A stretch of DNA of 64,000 bases from an uncultured Chlamydiae bacterium (GTDB lineage: Bacteria; Chlamydiota; Chlamydiia; Chlamydiales; JAJFMA01). The stretch's first letter is position 1. Every line of letters begins with the position of its first letter. Below the pieces are notes generated by a model. It did not search any database. It saw only the letters and a program-made list of their open reading frames with translations, and had not been told where the DNA came from. Location of the stretch: assembly GCA_963713615.1 (NCBI GenBank), contig CAVQMM010000001.1:2816001-2880000 (forward strand), in the 5' to 3' direction. Below, one piece after another: positions 1-9,132 of this stretch. A program made the position numbers and the translations under genes.

Positions 1-17
1 AGTCTGGAGGAAGTTGT

Positions 18-647
18 ATGAGATCATTATTGAGCAGCATCATCGCAGAGCCCTCACTCCATGCGCGTTGGTTGAACGCGTTATCCTATATGGAAAATGA
101 AGGGGCCAGGCTGATGGCAGCCTGTGAACATCCGACCCTTGTCAAAGAGCAAATGCTCAAGCATGCTGCTGAAGAATTTCGACACGCTTACTATCTGAAA
201 AATCAAATTGGTAAGGTGTGGAAGGATGGTCTTAGCGGCTATCGCGTTGATGAGCTCTTTGGAGGGTACCACGCCTTACATTACATGAAAAAGCTAAACG
301 TGGGAGTCAGCCGACTGCTCAAAAGACATGGCTACCTTGCAGCAGGGTTGCGGGGAGCTGCCTATACCTTGGTATCGTATGCTATCGAGGTGAGAGCTCA
401 TGACGTCTATCCGGAATATCAAGAGGAGCTGGTGAGACAACGGTCGAGAGTGAGCGTGAGAAATATCATTATCGAAGAAGCTGAACATCTCGAAGAGATG
501 ACGGCAGCGCTCGCTGAGCTAGACGATGGTGAGGTATTATCCGCTGAGGCCTGTGCAATTGAACGGACCTTGTGGAATAGCTTTTCAGAAGCTGTGCAGC
601 TAACCCTGGAGAATACCGGGTCGATGACTTTGTTACTGCATTCTTAA
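18..647 (+). CDS. Ferritin-like (di-iron four-helix bundle) hypothetical protein
   Basis: 209 aa ORF with GGAGG RBS upstream; two EExxH motifs (EEFRH, EEAEH) plus upstream Glu residues (MENEG, AIEVRA), the carboxylate/His pattern of ferritin-like proteins. Confidence 0.6.
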   Translation: MRSLLSSIIAEPSLHARWLNALSYMENEGARLMAACEHPTLVKEQMLKHAAEEFRHAYYLKNQIGKVWKDGLSGYRVDELFGGYHALHYMKKLNVGVSRLLKRHGYLAAGLRGAAYTLVSYAIEVRAHDVYPEYQEELVRQRSRVSVRNIIIEEAEHLEEMTAALAELDDGEVLSAEACAIERTLWNSFSEAVQLTLENTGSMTLLLHS

Positions 648-718
648 CTTCTTTGTGGATTCTTAATCCCCTGTCAGGCATACCATAAGCTGGTTCGAGG
701 ATCGGCAGGAGGTAGGCC

Positions 719-1168
719 ATGGTACTGGCCGCATTATTTTCTTCAGGGCATGCGCCGCAACATTTCGATTTGCAACCCCCATCGGTACCCAAAAAGCGTG
801 AGCTGTGGTCACGAGCTGGTGAGATGATCACTCTTGTGGCCTATCTGGGCATTTCCATCTTAGCGTGTATGGCCTCACCGGTAGCTTTTAGCGTTGGTCT
901 GGGCGGAGCAATCATTAGCGCCATGGTGATTAACACAACGATTGGCTTGCTGGCAAAAAACCCAGCTCTGCTAGAGGGATATCTCGGTCCGTTAGTAGGC
1001 GACATGATTTCTGCAGCATGTTTGGCCATTACCCTATTTGGAGGAACCACCCTGGCATTCCGAGCAACACGTACCGCATTATTACCCACATTAGTAAGCA
1101 CTTTGGTAGGCTATTGCGTGCCCCTAGCACTCTATCACGAAGTCAAAGCCCTAGTTTCGAGTGGTTAG
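719..1168 (+). CDS. Small membrane protein with two bilobed hydrophobic segments (possibly Inc-like)
   Basis: 149 aa; GGAGG RBS before ATG; hydrophilic N-terminus followed by long hydrophobic stretches. Confidence 0.55.
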   Translation: MVLAALFSSGHAPQHFDLQPPSVPKKRELWSRAGEMITLVAYLGISILACMASPVAFSVGLGGAIISAMVINTTIGLLAKNPALLEGYLGPLVGDMISAACLAITLFGGTTLAFRATRTALLPTLVSTLVGYCVPLALYHEVKALVSSG

Positions 1169-1834
1169 AACAAAGGCGGATAAAAGGGGGTCTTGGGAAG
1201 AATTGAATGAAGCGTTGAATCTCTTTAATCCCGCAAGAAATTTATTACAATCCATTATCGTAACCCCAACCGCACCAACCCACTCCAAACCCTAACGAGA
1301 ACATGCTTATCCCTCTGACTCCGTAGTTTCATCGGGTTGAGCTTCAAAAGCAAGTACGGTATCATCGTCTTTGTTAAAAACAAACCATTGACACCAATCA
1401 GAGCTGGTAAAGGTCTTCAAAATATAGTGATCACCGATGATCAAACGCATGGTCCGGTTGATATTGCCTTTGTTGTCATAACCATAGGCAACTTGTAGCA
1501 GTCCTTCAGACTGCGAAATCCCTTCCTGGCATATACCATGGCGATGCCATGGCCTGTTGCAATATCGACCCTTCGGGCCTGGGAAGGGAGAAAAGCCTGT
1601 CTTTCTAGACTGGATAGTGCCATACCACTTAAGCTCTCCAGAATCGCCTTCTCACAAAAAAAAAGTGATTTTTTTTCCAAAGAATCGATCCATGAGAGCC
1701 CAAATACTTCTGCAATTACCTCATATGGACAGTCATGGACGATATGGACGAATCCAAAATGAAAAATAAAATACAGATATGGTTCCCCGTGGAGCCTTTT
1801 GGTAACAGCCTAAGGTGAGGGCAAATTTACCGCT

Positions 1835-2101
1835 TTACTCAACAAGAGCGTCTTTGTCGGTGGTGATCTTCCAGGGATAGGTAGTCTTGGCAGCGCGTTG
1901 CAGCTGTGTCCATGCCCCTCGATCGAAGATGCCATCAGCTCCGCCACTACCGTTCCAGAAGAAACACCACATGGCTATTCCAACGAGTGGCACCACAACA
2001 TAGACAGCCATCAACCATCGTGGCACAGGGGTGTCTAGCTGTGCTGGTGCCCCTTCCGAATCAACGAAATCTTCACTTTCTGAAGTCTTGCGAGGTACCA
2101 T
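1835..2101 (-). CDS. cbb3-type oxidase CcoP N-terminal-domain-only protein (no heme motif)
   Basis: DTPVPRWLMAVYVVVPLVGIAMW resembles the CcoP DNPLPRWW-TM segment; GGAGG RBS before the ATG at 2101; no CxxCH; last gene of the cco cluster. Confidence 0.6.
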   Translation of the reverse strand: MVPRKTSESEDFVDSEGAPAQLDTPVPRWLMAVYVVVPLVGIAMWCFFWNGSGGADGIFDRGAWTQLQRAAKTTYPWKITTDKDALVE

Positions 2102-2297
2102 GGCTACCCTCCTTCTCGGGTTGTTCATCACTCATTTGCATCATGCGCTGTGCGGGTTCATCATCCATATCGAGTCGATCTTTACTCCAGAGATAGAGAA
2201 AGAGCATCAAAGCGCTGCCCACGAAAAAGATAACGATTGCATGATGCATCACGTTGCCATAGATACCTATGGAGTCAAAAATCCGCGCAGCTAACAT
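2073..2297 (-). CDS. CcoS/FixS-like small membrane protein (cbb3 assembly)
   Basis: One TM helix then FLYLWSKDRLDMDDEPAQRMM, similar to the CcoS pattern FxWAxxxGQFDDxxxPAxRxL; directly downstream of ccoO. Confidence 0.5.
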   Translation of the reverse strand: MLAARIFDSIGIYGNVMHHAIVIFFVGSALMLFLYLWSKDRLDMDDEPAQRMMQMSDEQPEKEGSHGTSQDFRK

Positions 2298-2298
2298 T

Positions 2299-3567
2299 TT
2301 ATGGTTCTACCTTTTTTATTCCCTCAATGATCTCAGTAGTATTCAAGGGATCAAGCCCCAACCACCACGCTTGCGTTGGGGGCGTGATACGGGTACCTTT
2401 GGTCATCAAATACTGGAAAACAGCTTCAAAGCGATAGTTTGGTATTCCTACCGAACTCGAGGCCTGCCCTCTTGGATCATCATCAAAGAAATGGCGGAAT
2501 GAGGGCATAATGCTACCGGGACTAGGTGTGCGTGGTTGCCAAAAGTGACCTTTATGCCAATCGCGGCTAGGGCGTTTAACTCCCACTCGCGCTAGGTCAG
2601 GTCCGATGCGCCGCGTTCCAGGAAAGGTAATCTTCTGATAGATGTACTCATTGCCCGATGAGGGTGGCGCTGCAAAGGCTGCACTGCCATTCAACACACT
2701 GTCTTGGATCAGCGTACGACTTTGGTCAGTATGACAGTACCAGCAGCCTTCAATAGCAAAAATATGTTCACCCATAGCGATGAGTTCCTTGCGCGATATG
2801 AAGCCTAGATCTTTGCCCGTGAGCTGCGCTAGGTCCTTGACATATTCGCCATTAGGATCATACCGGTAACCCATGGTATGACCGATGCCAAAGCGCCTGA
2901 AACGATAGGCCTCGGGATTCAGTACATAGGTCACACCGGGGTCCTTATGATAGTCCTGGGTAGGTCCATCGATAATTTTGAAATGTTTATCTACATAGTC
3001 TTCGGTGGTCCCGTCGGTCTGCGAATGCGCAAAGGCTTCCTTCCTTCCCGGATCATATAATTCCATGATCGAGCGATCGACACGCGCCAGACCGCGCTCC
3101 TTCCAGTCAGGATGTTGCTGTTCCCATTCTTTCTGAAGACTGGTGCGCAACTTGTCGGCCTCATCAACAGCATCTCCTATGGGCTTGCGCAGAAGAAGAA
3201 TGTGCGATGTAAGTCTGAGCTCTTTGTCTCCAAAGCGAGTGACAAAGCGTTCAAGGTTTTGTGGTGCCAGAATGCGCATCTGCTCCGTTTCGCGAAAGGC
3301 CATTAGCGTAAAGCCATCCTTCAGATGGTGTACATAGTCTAGACCAGGAGCCCCAGGTACCGCTCTAGCCGCGTAGAAATTGGGGTCGGCGACTTCATAC
3401 ATCTGTACTTGAAAATGGCTGGAAGGCTGTACCCAGCTTGGATCTACCAGGTTAGGGGCTAAAACCGTCGCAAGGATAGAGGTCAGGAACAGCAGAAAGA
3501 TCCCTATGATGGTAAGAACCGCTGACTTCTCAATTCGACTAGTATGGGGCTTGTTTGATTCTGTCAT
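2299..3567 (-). CDS. ccoO: cbb3-type cytochrome c oxidase subunit II, enlarged
   Basis: N-terminal TM; EGCWYCH heme motif; GTRRIGPDLARVG, DWHKGHF and PGSIMP signature motifs; follows ccoN. Confidence 0.9.
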   Translation of the reverse strand: MTESNKPHTSRIEKSAVLTIIGIFLLFLTSILATVLAPNLVDPSWVQPSSHFQVQMYEVADPNFYAARAVPGAPGLDYVHHLKDGFTLMAFRETEQMRILAPQNLERFVTRFGDKELRLTSHILLLRKPIGDAVDEADKLRTSLQKEWEQQHPDWKERGLARVDRSIMELYDPGRKEAFAHSQTDGTTEDYVDKHFKIIDGPTQDYHKDPGVTYVLNPEAYRFRRFGIGHTMGYRYDPNGEYVKDLAQLTGKDLGFISRKELIAMGEHIFAIEGCWYCHTDQSRTLIQDSVLNGSAAFAAPPSSGNEYIYQKITFPGTRRIGPDLARVGVKRPSRDWHKGHFWQPRTPSPGSIMPSFRHFFDDDPRGQASSSVGIPNYRFEAVFQYLMTKGTRITPPTQAWWLGLDPLNTTEIIEGIKKVEP

Positions 3568-3569
3568 GG

Positions 3570-5039
3570 TTATGCCTGAGCCTCAGCTATAACGCGTTCA
3601 ATTTTTTGAGGTCTCGTTTGTGGCTTCAGCAATATCGTGTTAAAGACATTCACAAGAAAGATGCTATTGGCAGAAAAAATGATAATTCCTGCGATGGTAC
3701 GCGTAAGCCACCAATAGTGCATGCTTGCTATGGTATCTAAAAACTGTAGCTTGCTGAGATTGCTTTGGAAGACGCGATAGCTATCACCATCTGCCCATGT
3801 AGACCACTGAAGCCCCTGCAAGAAACCTCCAACATGCAGCGCAATAAACATGAGAGAGGCTCCCAGCATATTCAGAGTAAAATGCCAATCGGCCATACGC
3901 TTCGAGTAGAGAGGCTTGCCCGTTAGCGCAGGCAAAGCCCCATAGACGCCTGCCATGGCGAAAAATGTAAAGGTTCCATACAGCGACATATGGGCGTGTC
4001 CGATGATCCAATCCGTTTTCGACGTTATTTCATTGACGTTACGTACCGCCATGAAAGAGCCTTGCGTGCTGACCATCAAATAAAACAACACACCCATAAT
4101 AATAAAACGGACGGCGGCAATCTCGTTGTACTTATGCCAACGGCCCTTGAGCGTGTAGAAAAGGTTGTATACTACGGTCCAGACAGGAATGAATAACCAG
4201 ATAGAGAAAATGATGGCGACAGTTTGAATCCATTGAGACATAGGGCCATGGATGATGTGGTGAGAACCCACCCAAGCGTAAACGAAGGCAATGGACCAAA
4301 AGCCCACCATGGAGAGTTTGTGGCTATAGATTGGTGCGTTGGCCATCTTGGGCAGGAAATAATAGGCAATGGCCAGGCCCATCGGTGTAAAGACCAGTCC
4401 TACCAGGTTATGGACGTAGTAAAAGCTCATGTTGACTCTGGAGATTCCCTCAGGAATCCAGTTGATCGCAAAGTTACCCGCGAAATAGGAGATGCCTCCC
4501 CACAACAGTGTGGCCATGATATACCACAGCGACACATACATTTTTTCATATTTGCGATTGGCGATAGTCATGTAGATATTGACCGAGACCAATGTCCAGG
4601 CGACCAAACCAATGAATTTGATCGGCAAATAGGATAACCAGGTGGGAAACTCGGCATACTCCCATCCAAAGTTCGTTCCCCAAGGAAACGAGTAGGTGCC
4701 CGGAACAAAAGCCAGCCAATAGAGGGCTGCAGACCACATACCAAGTTTACGGCTCCAAAGGGGAACACCGCAGAGGCGCTGTGTAATGTAGTAGAGAAGC
4801 CCAAAGTTGGCAGGCAATAGCCAAAGTAACAGGACATGCCCAACATGAACGGGCCGAACTTTTCCGAAGTGAATATACTCACCGGCCCAATAGTCGGGCA
4901 TCACCATTCCATTAAAGGAAATAAACACTCCGAAAAACATCCCAATGACCATAAAAACAATGGCGGGATAGAGGAAGAGTTTTACCGGCAGATCCTCAAA
5001 CTGAGGTTGGGCGGGCTGAGCTTGTGCGACACTTTCCAT
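3570..5039 (-). CDS. ccoN: cbb3-type cytochrome c oxidase subunit I
   Basis: About 12 TM helices; HFGKVRPVH, GWEYAE, YYVHNLVG, WVGSHH, TDWIIGHAH motifs of C-family heme-copper oxidases. Confidence 0.93.
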   Translation of the reverse strand: MESVAQAQPAQPQFEDLPVKLFLYPAIVFMVIGMFFGVFISFNGMVMPDYWAGEYIHFGKVRPVHVGHVLLLWLLPANFGLLYYITQRLCGVPLWSRKLGMWSAALYWLAFVPGTYSFPWGTNFGWEYAEFPTWLSYLPIKFIGLVAWTLVSVNIYMTIANRKYEKMYVSLWYIMATLLWGGISYFAGNFAINWIPEGISRVNMSFYYVHNLVGLVFTPMGLAIAYYFLPKMANAPIYSHKLSMVGFWSIAFVYAWVGSHHIIHGPMSQWIQTVAIIFSIWLFIPVWTVVYNLFYTLKGRWHKYNEIAAVRFIIMGVLFYLMVSTQGSFMAVRNVNEITSKTDWIIGHAHMSLYGTFTFFAMAGVYGALPALTGKPLYSKRMADWHFTLNMLGASLMFIALHVGGFLQGLQWSTWADGDSYRVFQSNLSKLQFLDTIASMHYWWLTRTIAGIIIFSANSIFLVNVFNTILLKPQTRPQKIERVIAEAQA

Positions 5040-5062
5040 ATAATGTTTACAACCAACTAATG

Positions 5063-8000
5063 CTATGTGTGGGACTTTAACGGTTTAGCAGCCTCTATGA
5101 ATTCATTGACCTGCTCAACAAGCTTCGTCTGGTTCTGACGAGACCGAGCGGCATCCTCAAGCGTTGTCATGAGCAATATTTCTAGTTGCTGAAAACTCTT
5201 TAGCCGCTGCTCTAGCTCGGTAAGATGCTCTCGACCTGCGGCAGAGGGAATTTGCCCTTCGAGCAGCTTCTTTTCTTTCTGAATAGCCGCTATTTGCTGA
5301 TTAATGAGAACGATGACATTTTTGCCACCAGCTACAATCTTTTGAGCATCGGGAGAGTAAGGATCCAAACTCAACTTACCATCGTTGTAGTCATAGTGAG
5401 TGGCGTTGAGTCCGACTAAATCAACGATTTGATCGGAAATATCACCCTGTCCAGCATTCGTCAATGCTGAGGTACCGAGGATATTGTAGATATCCTTAGA
5501 CTGTTTAATTTCCTCGATCAGCTTCTGGAAGACATCATCAATGGCTTGTTGCTTCTTAACTTGCTCAGCAAGCGAGAGCTCATTTTGGTAGGCTTTGACA
5601 AGTGCCGGCACAGCTGTCTGATCTAATGCCAGCTTAGCTTCCTGATCTTCTTTGAAGCTATGTGCCGCTTGATAGGCGTCTTGCAGTTTTTGTAATATTC
5701 CATATTGAACAATCTGTTGCTGCCTGACAGTATCAACGGCTCTATCGAACGAATGATATAAGACCTCAGCTAAGTGCTCTCTCAGGGCATGCTCCTCACT
5801 TAGACTGCGGATGTACATGACCAGCTGCAAACGCTGTAGGGAGTTAGTAAAGTCTCCCCAAGGAATCATGGCTGTGCCAGGCACGCCATATTTGATCGAC
5901 TGGATCAGCCGTAAATCATCGCGCGTGTTAATCCAATCGAGGTTTGTTAGCATACGTGGTTTGGATTCAGTCATCGTACCGGCGCGAAGACCATTACCAG
6001 CGCCCTCTTTACCGTGGCAGATGGCACAGTTTTCAATAAATGACTTCTCTCCTGCCGCCAGATTTTCTGGTGTATAGTACTTTTGCTTGATGTAGTACGC
6101 CTTACGATCCACGCCAGATACGGGATAGGGTTTGATGTCAAACACATCCGATACATGTTGGGCATTGGGATCAGGCGTCGTCATTGGCTTGAGAGCTGCT
6201 AAAAACTTAGCAGCGCCTTCGGCATCATAAAGCGCGGAACCTCTCAGAACATCGCCCTCTTGATGTAATTCACGTAGCACATCTTCAGGTTGATAATGCC
6301 ACTTGAGAGGCTGTGTTTGACTGTTATCTTCTTCTGGGATGCCTATGAATAACCAGTCAGCTAGACGTTTAATCTCCTGAGACGTAAAAACCGGCGTTGT
6401 GTTCCCATGGATTTTGTCTTTGGCCAGCTCGCCCCAAGGAGGCATGGGTGTCCCCTTCACTCCATGTGTGATGGACTCTATGACGCGTTCTTTTGTAAGG
6501 TTTTGCAAAAAGTTGGCGTTGCGTAGATTTTTTGGAATGGGATAGAGCCACTGCGCTACAGGTCCATCACCCTGACGGTAGTCGCCGTGACATTGTGCAC
6601 AATTAATATGGTAGGCCACTTCGGGGTTGAAGCCGCGATTGTCCCACAACTCTCGTTCCACCGCCGCATTGCGAGGTGCTAGAGTATCTAACATGTAGGT
6701 CAAGGTATAGAATTTCGTCTCATCAAACGGAAAGACGGGCATGATGGAACGAGCGACATGTGTCACAGGGTTATAGAAGTGTTCCATAAGCCACTCGTCG
6801 GAACGATAAATGCCCGACCAATTGGGTCTAGGGCCTACAAGGCGTCCCAGACCATACTCTTGAATATACATCTTCAATACGCGTTCTACACGCTCTTTCC
6901 ACTGATTCAGCTGTGCCAGGGCTGCCGCTTTTTCTTGGGCAGAAGCCGCCTTAGCAGCTGCTTGCTGATAGTATGCATTTTTGGCGCGTGAGGCAAACTT
7001 GAAATCGGAATACAGGGCCTCGATAATACCCGGATGCTTTTCCTCAATTTCCTCAATAATCGATCCCTGACGCACACCATCGGCGATTCTATGATCGATC
7101 TCGTCAGCATGATCGTCTATAGCCTGAACGATTTGTGATCCAAGAGCTTCTTCTGGAAAAAGACCGCTAAACCATTCATGTTGCTTATACATCTCGGCAA
7201 AAGTCGGTTCATGGCCTTTTTCGATGGCAAAGCCCACATTGGATTCGAATCCCTTAAGACGATGGCATGCGGAACACCCCTGAGTGGCGAATATCGTCAT
7301 CCCAAAGCGCAAATCGTGAATTTTTGCCGCAGGAACGGGCAATTCAAAAGACTGCTTCTTCTTGCCCTCTTCCCATTGTTTTACAATGACATCGTAGTCA
7401 ACCTGCGAGATAGCATGCGGCCGCCCTCTCTGTCCTAGTAGAAAGCAGGTAATAGCTTCGAGCTCTTCGTGATCAAGTTTATAGTTTGGCATGGTAGAAG
7501 TTGGTAGATCGGCCTGAGGCCATACGACGGACTCCTTGACAAACCAAGGATATTTGAAGCCTTCAGCGGTTAGTTCAGGGCCCACTCCCCCTCTCGCCAG
7601 GCCAGCAATGCGGTGGCAGGCATAGCATGCCTGAGAAATGTAAAGCTGCTCGCCACGTTCATAGCATTGGATCATGCGATCAACATCGCCAGTGACAGCT
7701 TGCTTGACCTGATCCTGCGCAAGAGAGATCGAAAGACCACTTTCGGCCTTTCCAATATGATGTAAGAAAATTTGTTGTCTTTCTGCCGCCGCGGCCTTAG
7801 CAAATAGGTGGCCTTGTGTGTCCTTGTGTGCCTCTACAAATTTGTCAATGGTCGCATCAGCTGCCGTGGGTTGTGCCCAAACACTCTTATCCAGTTCGTC
7901 GGCAATTTTTTGCGTACCCAGCGATGCCAATATCTGTCCCTCGATGTACTTTAGGGCAGCTGTCTGGCGGGCTAAGTTATCCACTGCGGGAATATTCCCC

Positions 8001-9115
8001 ACGGCGACACGCAAAAATGCTGCCTGTGCTGCAGCCTCTCCACGCTCTGTTTGTGGCAAGCTATATTCCGTTTCTCGTGCTGTAACAGCCTTCAACGTGG
8101 CGTCATAACCCTGGGAATTAATAGCTTTGCGAAGGGTCAACAAGGTGATCAGAGCTTTCTTTTCAGTGTTGTAAGCCTTCTGAACGTCCTGCGCCTGCTG
8201 GGCAGTCTGGTTCTTTAGGTTAGTGACAGTGCTGATGGCCCCTTGGAGCTGCGACGATGACGACAGGTGACACTGCACGCAATTGGCTTGAATTAGTTCT
8301 CCAGGAAATATCGGAGTTGTCTGAAAAAGCAGTTTATGCCCCGGTTTATGGTTAAATATTTTTGAGAAGATAGGATCATTGTCAGGATCAACTTCAAGAA
8401 ACTGCGGTTCAGGCCCTTCAAATGACTCTGGGTATTGCCCATCAAACACGGGTCCATGAGCCTTTTCAATGGTTAAGGCGCGACCATTTCCGCTGTGGCA
8501 TACAGTACAGCCATATTCTTCCACGGGGTGAAACTCGAAGGGACGTGATTCCTTTCCGATCAAAGGATGCATCGCTATGGCTTTGGTCATATCGACTTGG
8601 CGGTCTCCCACCCAAGCCGATTTTAAAGCCTTCAGCTTGTCAGCTTCGGCTATTCGCTCTTTAACCTGGGCCTCATCGCTATGCTCTTTTAAAGCCTCCA
8701 GAGCTTTCTCGTCGGATAGGGCAGCAACCCTGTCATCAAGCAGCTGCCAGACATAATTTTCGTTGGCCACCTTAACGGGGTAGCCTTCTTTGTCCAGAAC
8801 GACTTGTCCATTGACATCCGTGGCGATTTTTGTGGGCGAAAAATGCGCTAGCTGGAGTGCAACATGACAGCTTGTGCAGCGGTCTACGATCTCAGGACCA
8901 TTGTGCTCCTGAGGTAAGACTATCTGCCTGATACCTATATCAAACGGTGCCGGATTTTCATGGGTTATCGTGGATCGAAATTCCTCTAAGGCGATATATG
9001 TCTGCTGAAATTGCTTGTATTGGGGATAAACTTCGCGCGACAAGAAGATGCCAAAGAGGATCGTGGTGACCACGAGTAAGAAGATCAGGCTCAGTTGATA
9101 GAGTTCAGATCGCAC
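5063..9115 (-). CDS. Large membrane-anchored multiheme c-type cytochrome (7 CxxCH)
   Basis: 1350 aa, GTG start; N-terminal TM; CTSCH, CTVCH, CVQCH, CYACH, CSACH, CAQCH, CAICH; Met-Pro distal-ligand motifs (TMP, SIMP, TPMPPW, TAMIPW). Confidence 0.9.
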   Translation of the reverse strand: MRSELYQLSLIFLLVVTTILFGIFLSREVYPQYKQFQQTYIALEEFRSTITHENPAPFDIGIRQIVLPQEHNGPEIVDRCTSCHVALQLAHFSPTKIATDVNGQVVLDKEGYPVKVANENYVWQLLDDRVAALSDEKALEALKEHSDEAQVKERIAEADKLKALKSAWVGDRQVDMTKAIAMHPLIGKESRPFEFHPVEEYGCTVCHSGNGRALTIEKAHGPVFDGQYPESFEGPEPQFLEVDPDNDPIFSKIFNHKPGHKLLFQTTPIFPGELIQANCVQCHLSSSSQLQGAISTVTNLKNQTAQQAQDVQKAYNTEKKALITLLTLRKAINSQGYDATLKAVTARETEYSLPQTERGEAAAQAAFLRVAVGNIPAVDNLARQTAALKYIEGQILASLGTQKIADELDKSVWAQPTAADATIDKFVEAHKDTQGHLFAKAAAAERQQIFLHHIGKAESGLSISLAQDQVKQAVTGDVDRMIQCYERGEQLYISQACYACHRIAGLARGGVGPELTAEGFKYPWFVKESVVWPQADLPTSTMPNYKLDHEELEAITCFLLGQRGRPHAISQVDYDVIVKQWEEGKKKQSFELPVPAAKIHDLRFGMTIFATQGCSACHRLKGFESNVGFAIEKGHEPTFAEMYKQHEWFSGLFPEEALGSQIVQAIDDHADEIDHRIADGVRQGSIIEEIEEKHPGIIEALYSDFKFASRAKNAYYQQAAAKAASAQEKAAALAQLNQWKERVERVLKMYIQEYGLGRLVGPRPNWSGIYRSDEWLMEHFYNPVTHVARSIMPVFPFDETKFYTLTYMLDTLAPRNAAVERELWDNRGFNPEVAYHINCAQCHGDYRQGDGPVAQWLYPIPKNLRNANFLQNLTKERVIESITHGVKGTPMPPWGELAKDKIHGNTTPVFTSQEIKRLADWLFIGIPEEDNSQTQPLKWHYQPEDVLRELHQEGDVLRGSALYDAEGAAKFLAALKPMTTPDPNAQHVSDVFDIKPYPVSGVDRKAYYIKQKYYTPENLAAGEKSFIENCAICHGKEGAGNGLRAGTMTESKPRMLTNLDWINTRDDLRLIQSIKYGVPGTAMIPWGDFTNSLQRLQLVMYIRSLSEEHALREHLAEVLYHSFDRAVDTVRQQQIVQYGILQKLQDAYQAAHSFKEDQEAKLALDQTAVPALVKAYQNELSLAEQVKKQQAIDDVFQKLIEEIKQSKDIYNILGTSALTNAGQGDISDQIVDLVGLNATHYDYNDGKLSLDPYSPDAQKIVAGGKNVIVLINQQIAAIQKEKKLLEGQIPSAAGREHLTELEQRLKSFQQLEILLMTTLEDAARSRQNQTKLVEQVNEFIEAAKPLKSHT

Positions 9116-9132
9116 TAGTTATGCCCTCTCGC

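Noticed and set aside
1220..1800. Possible degraded minus-strand gene after the cco cluster (…LLQVAYGYDNKGNINR…)
   Set aside because: An open stretch without a clear start and no recognisable family; no CxxCH, so it is not the missing CcoP heme domain.
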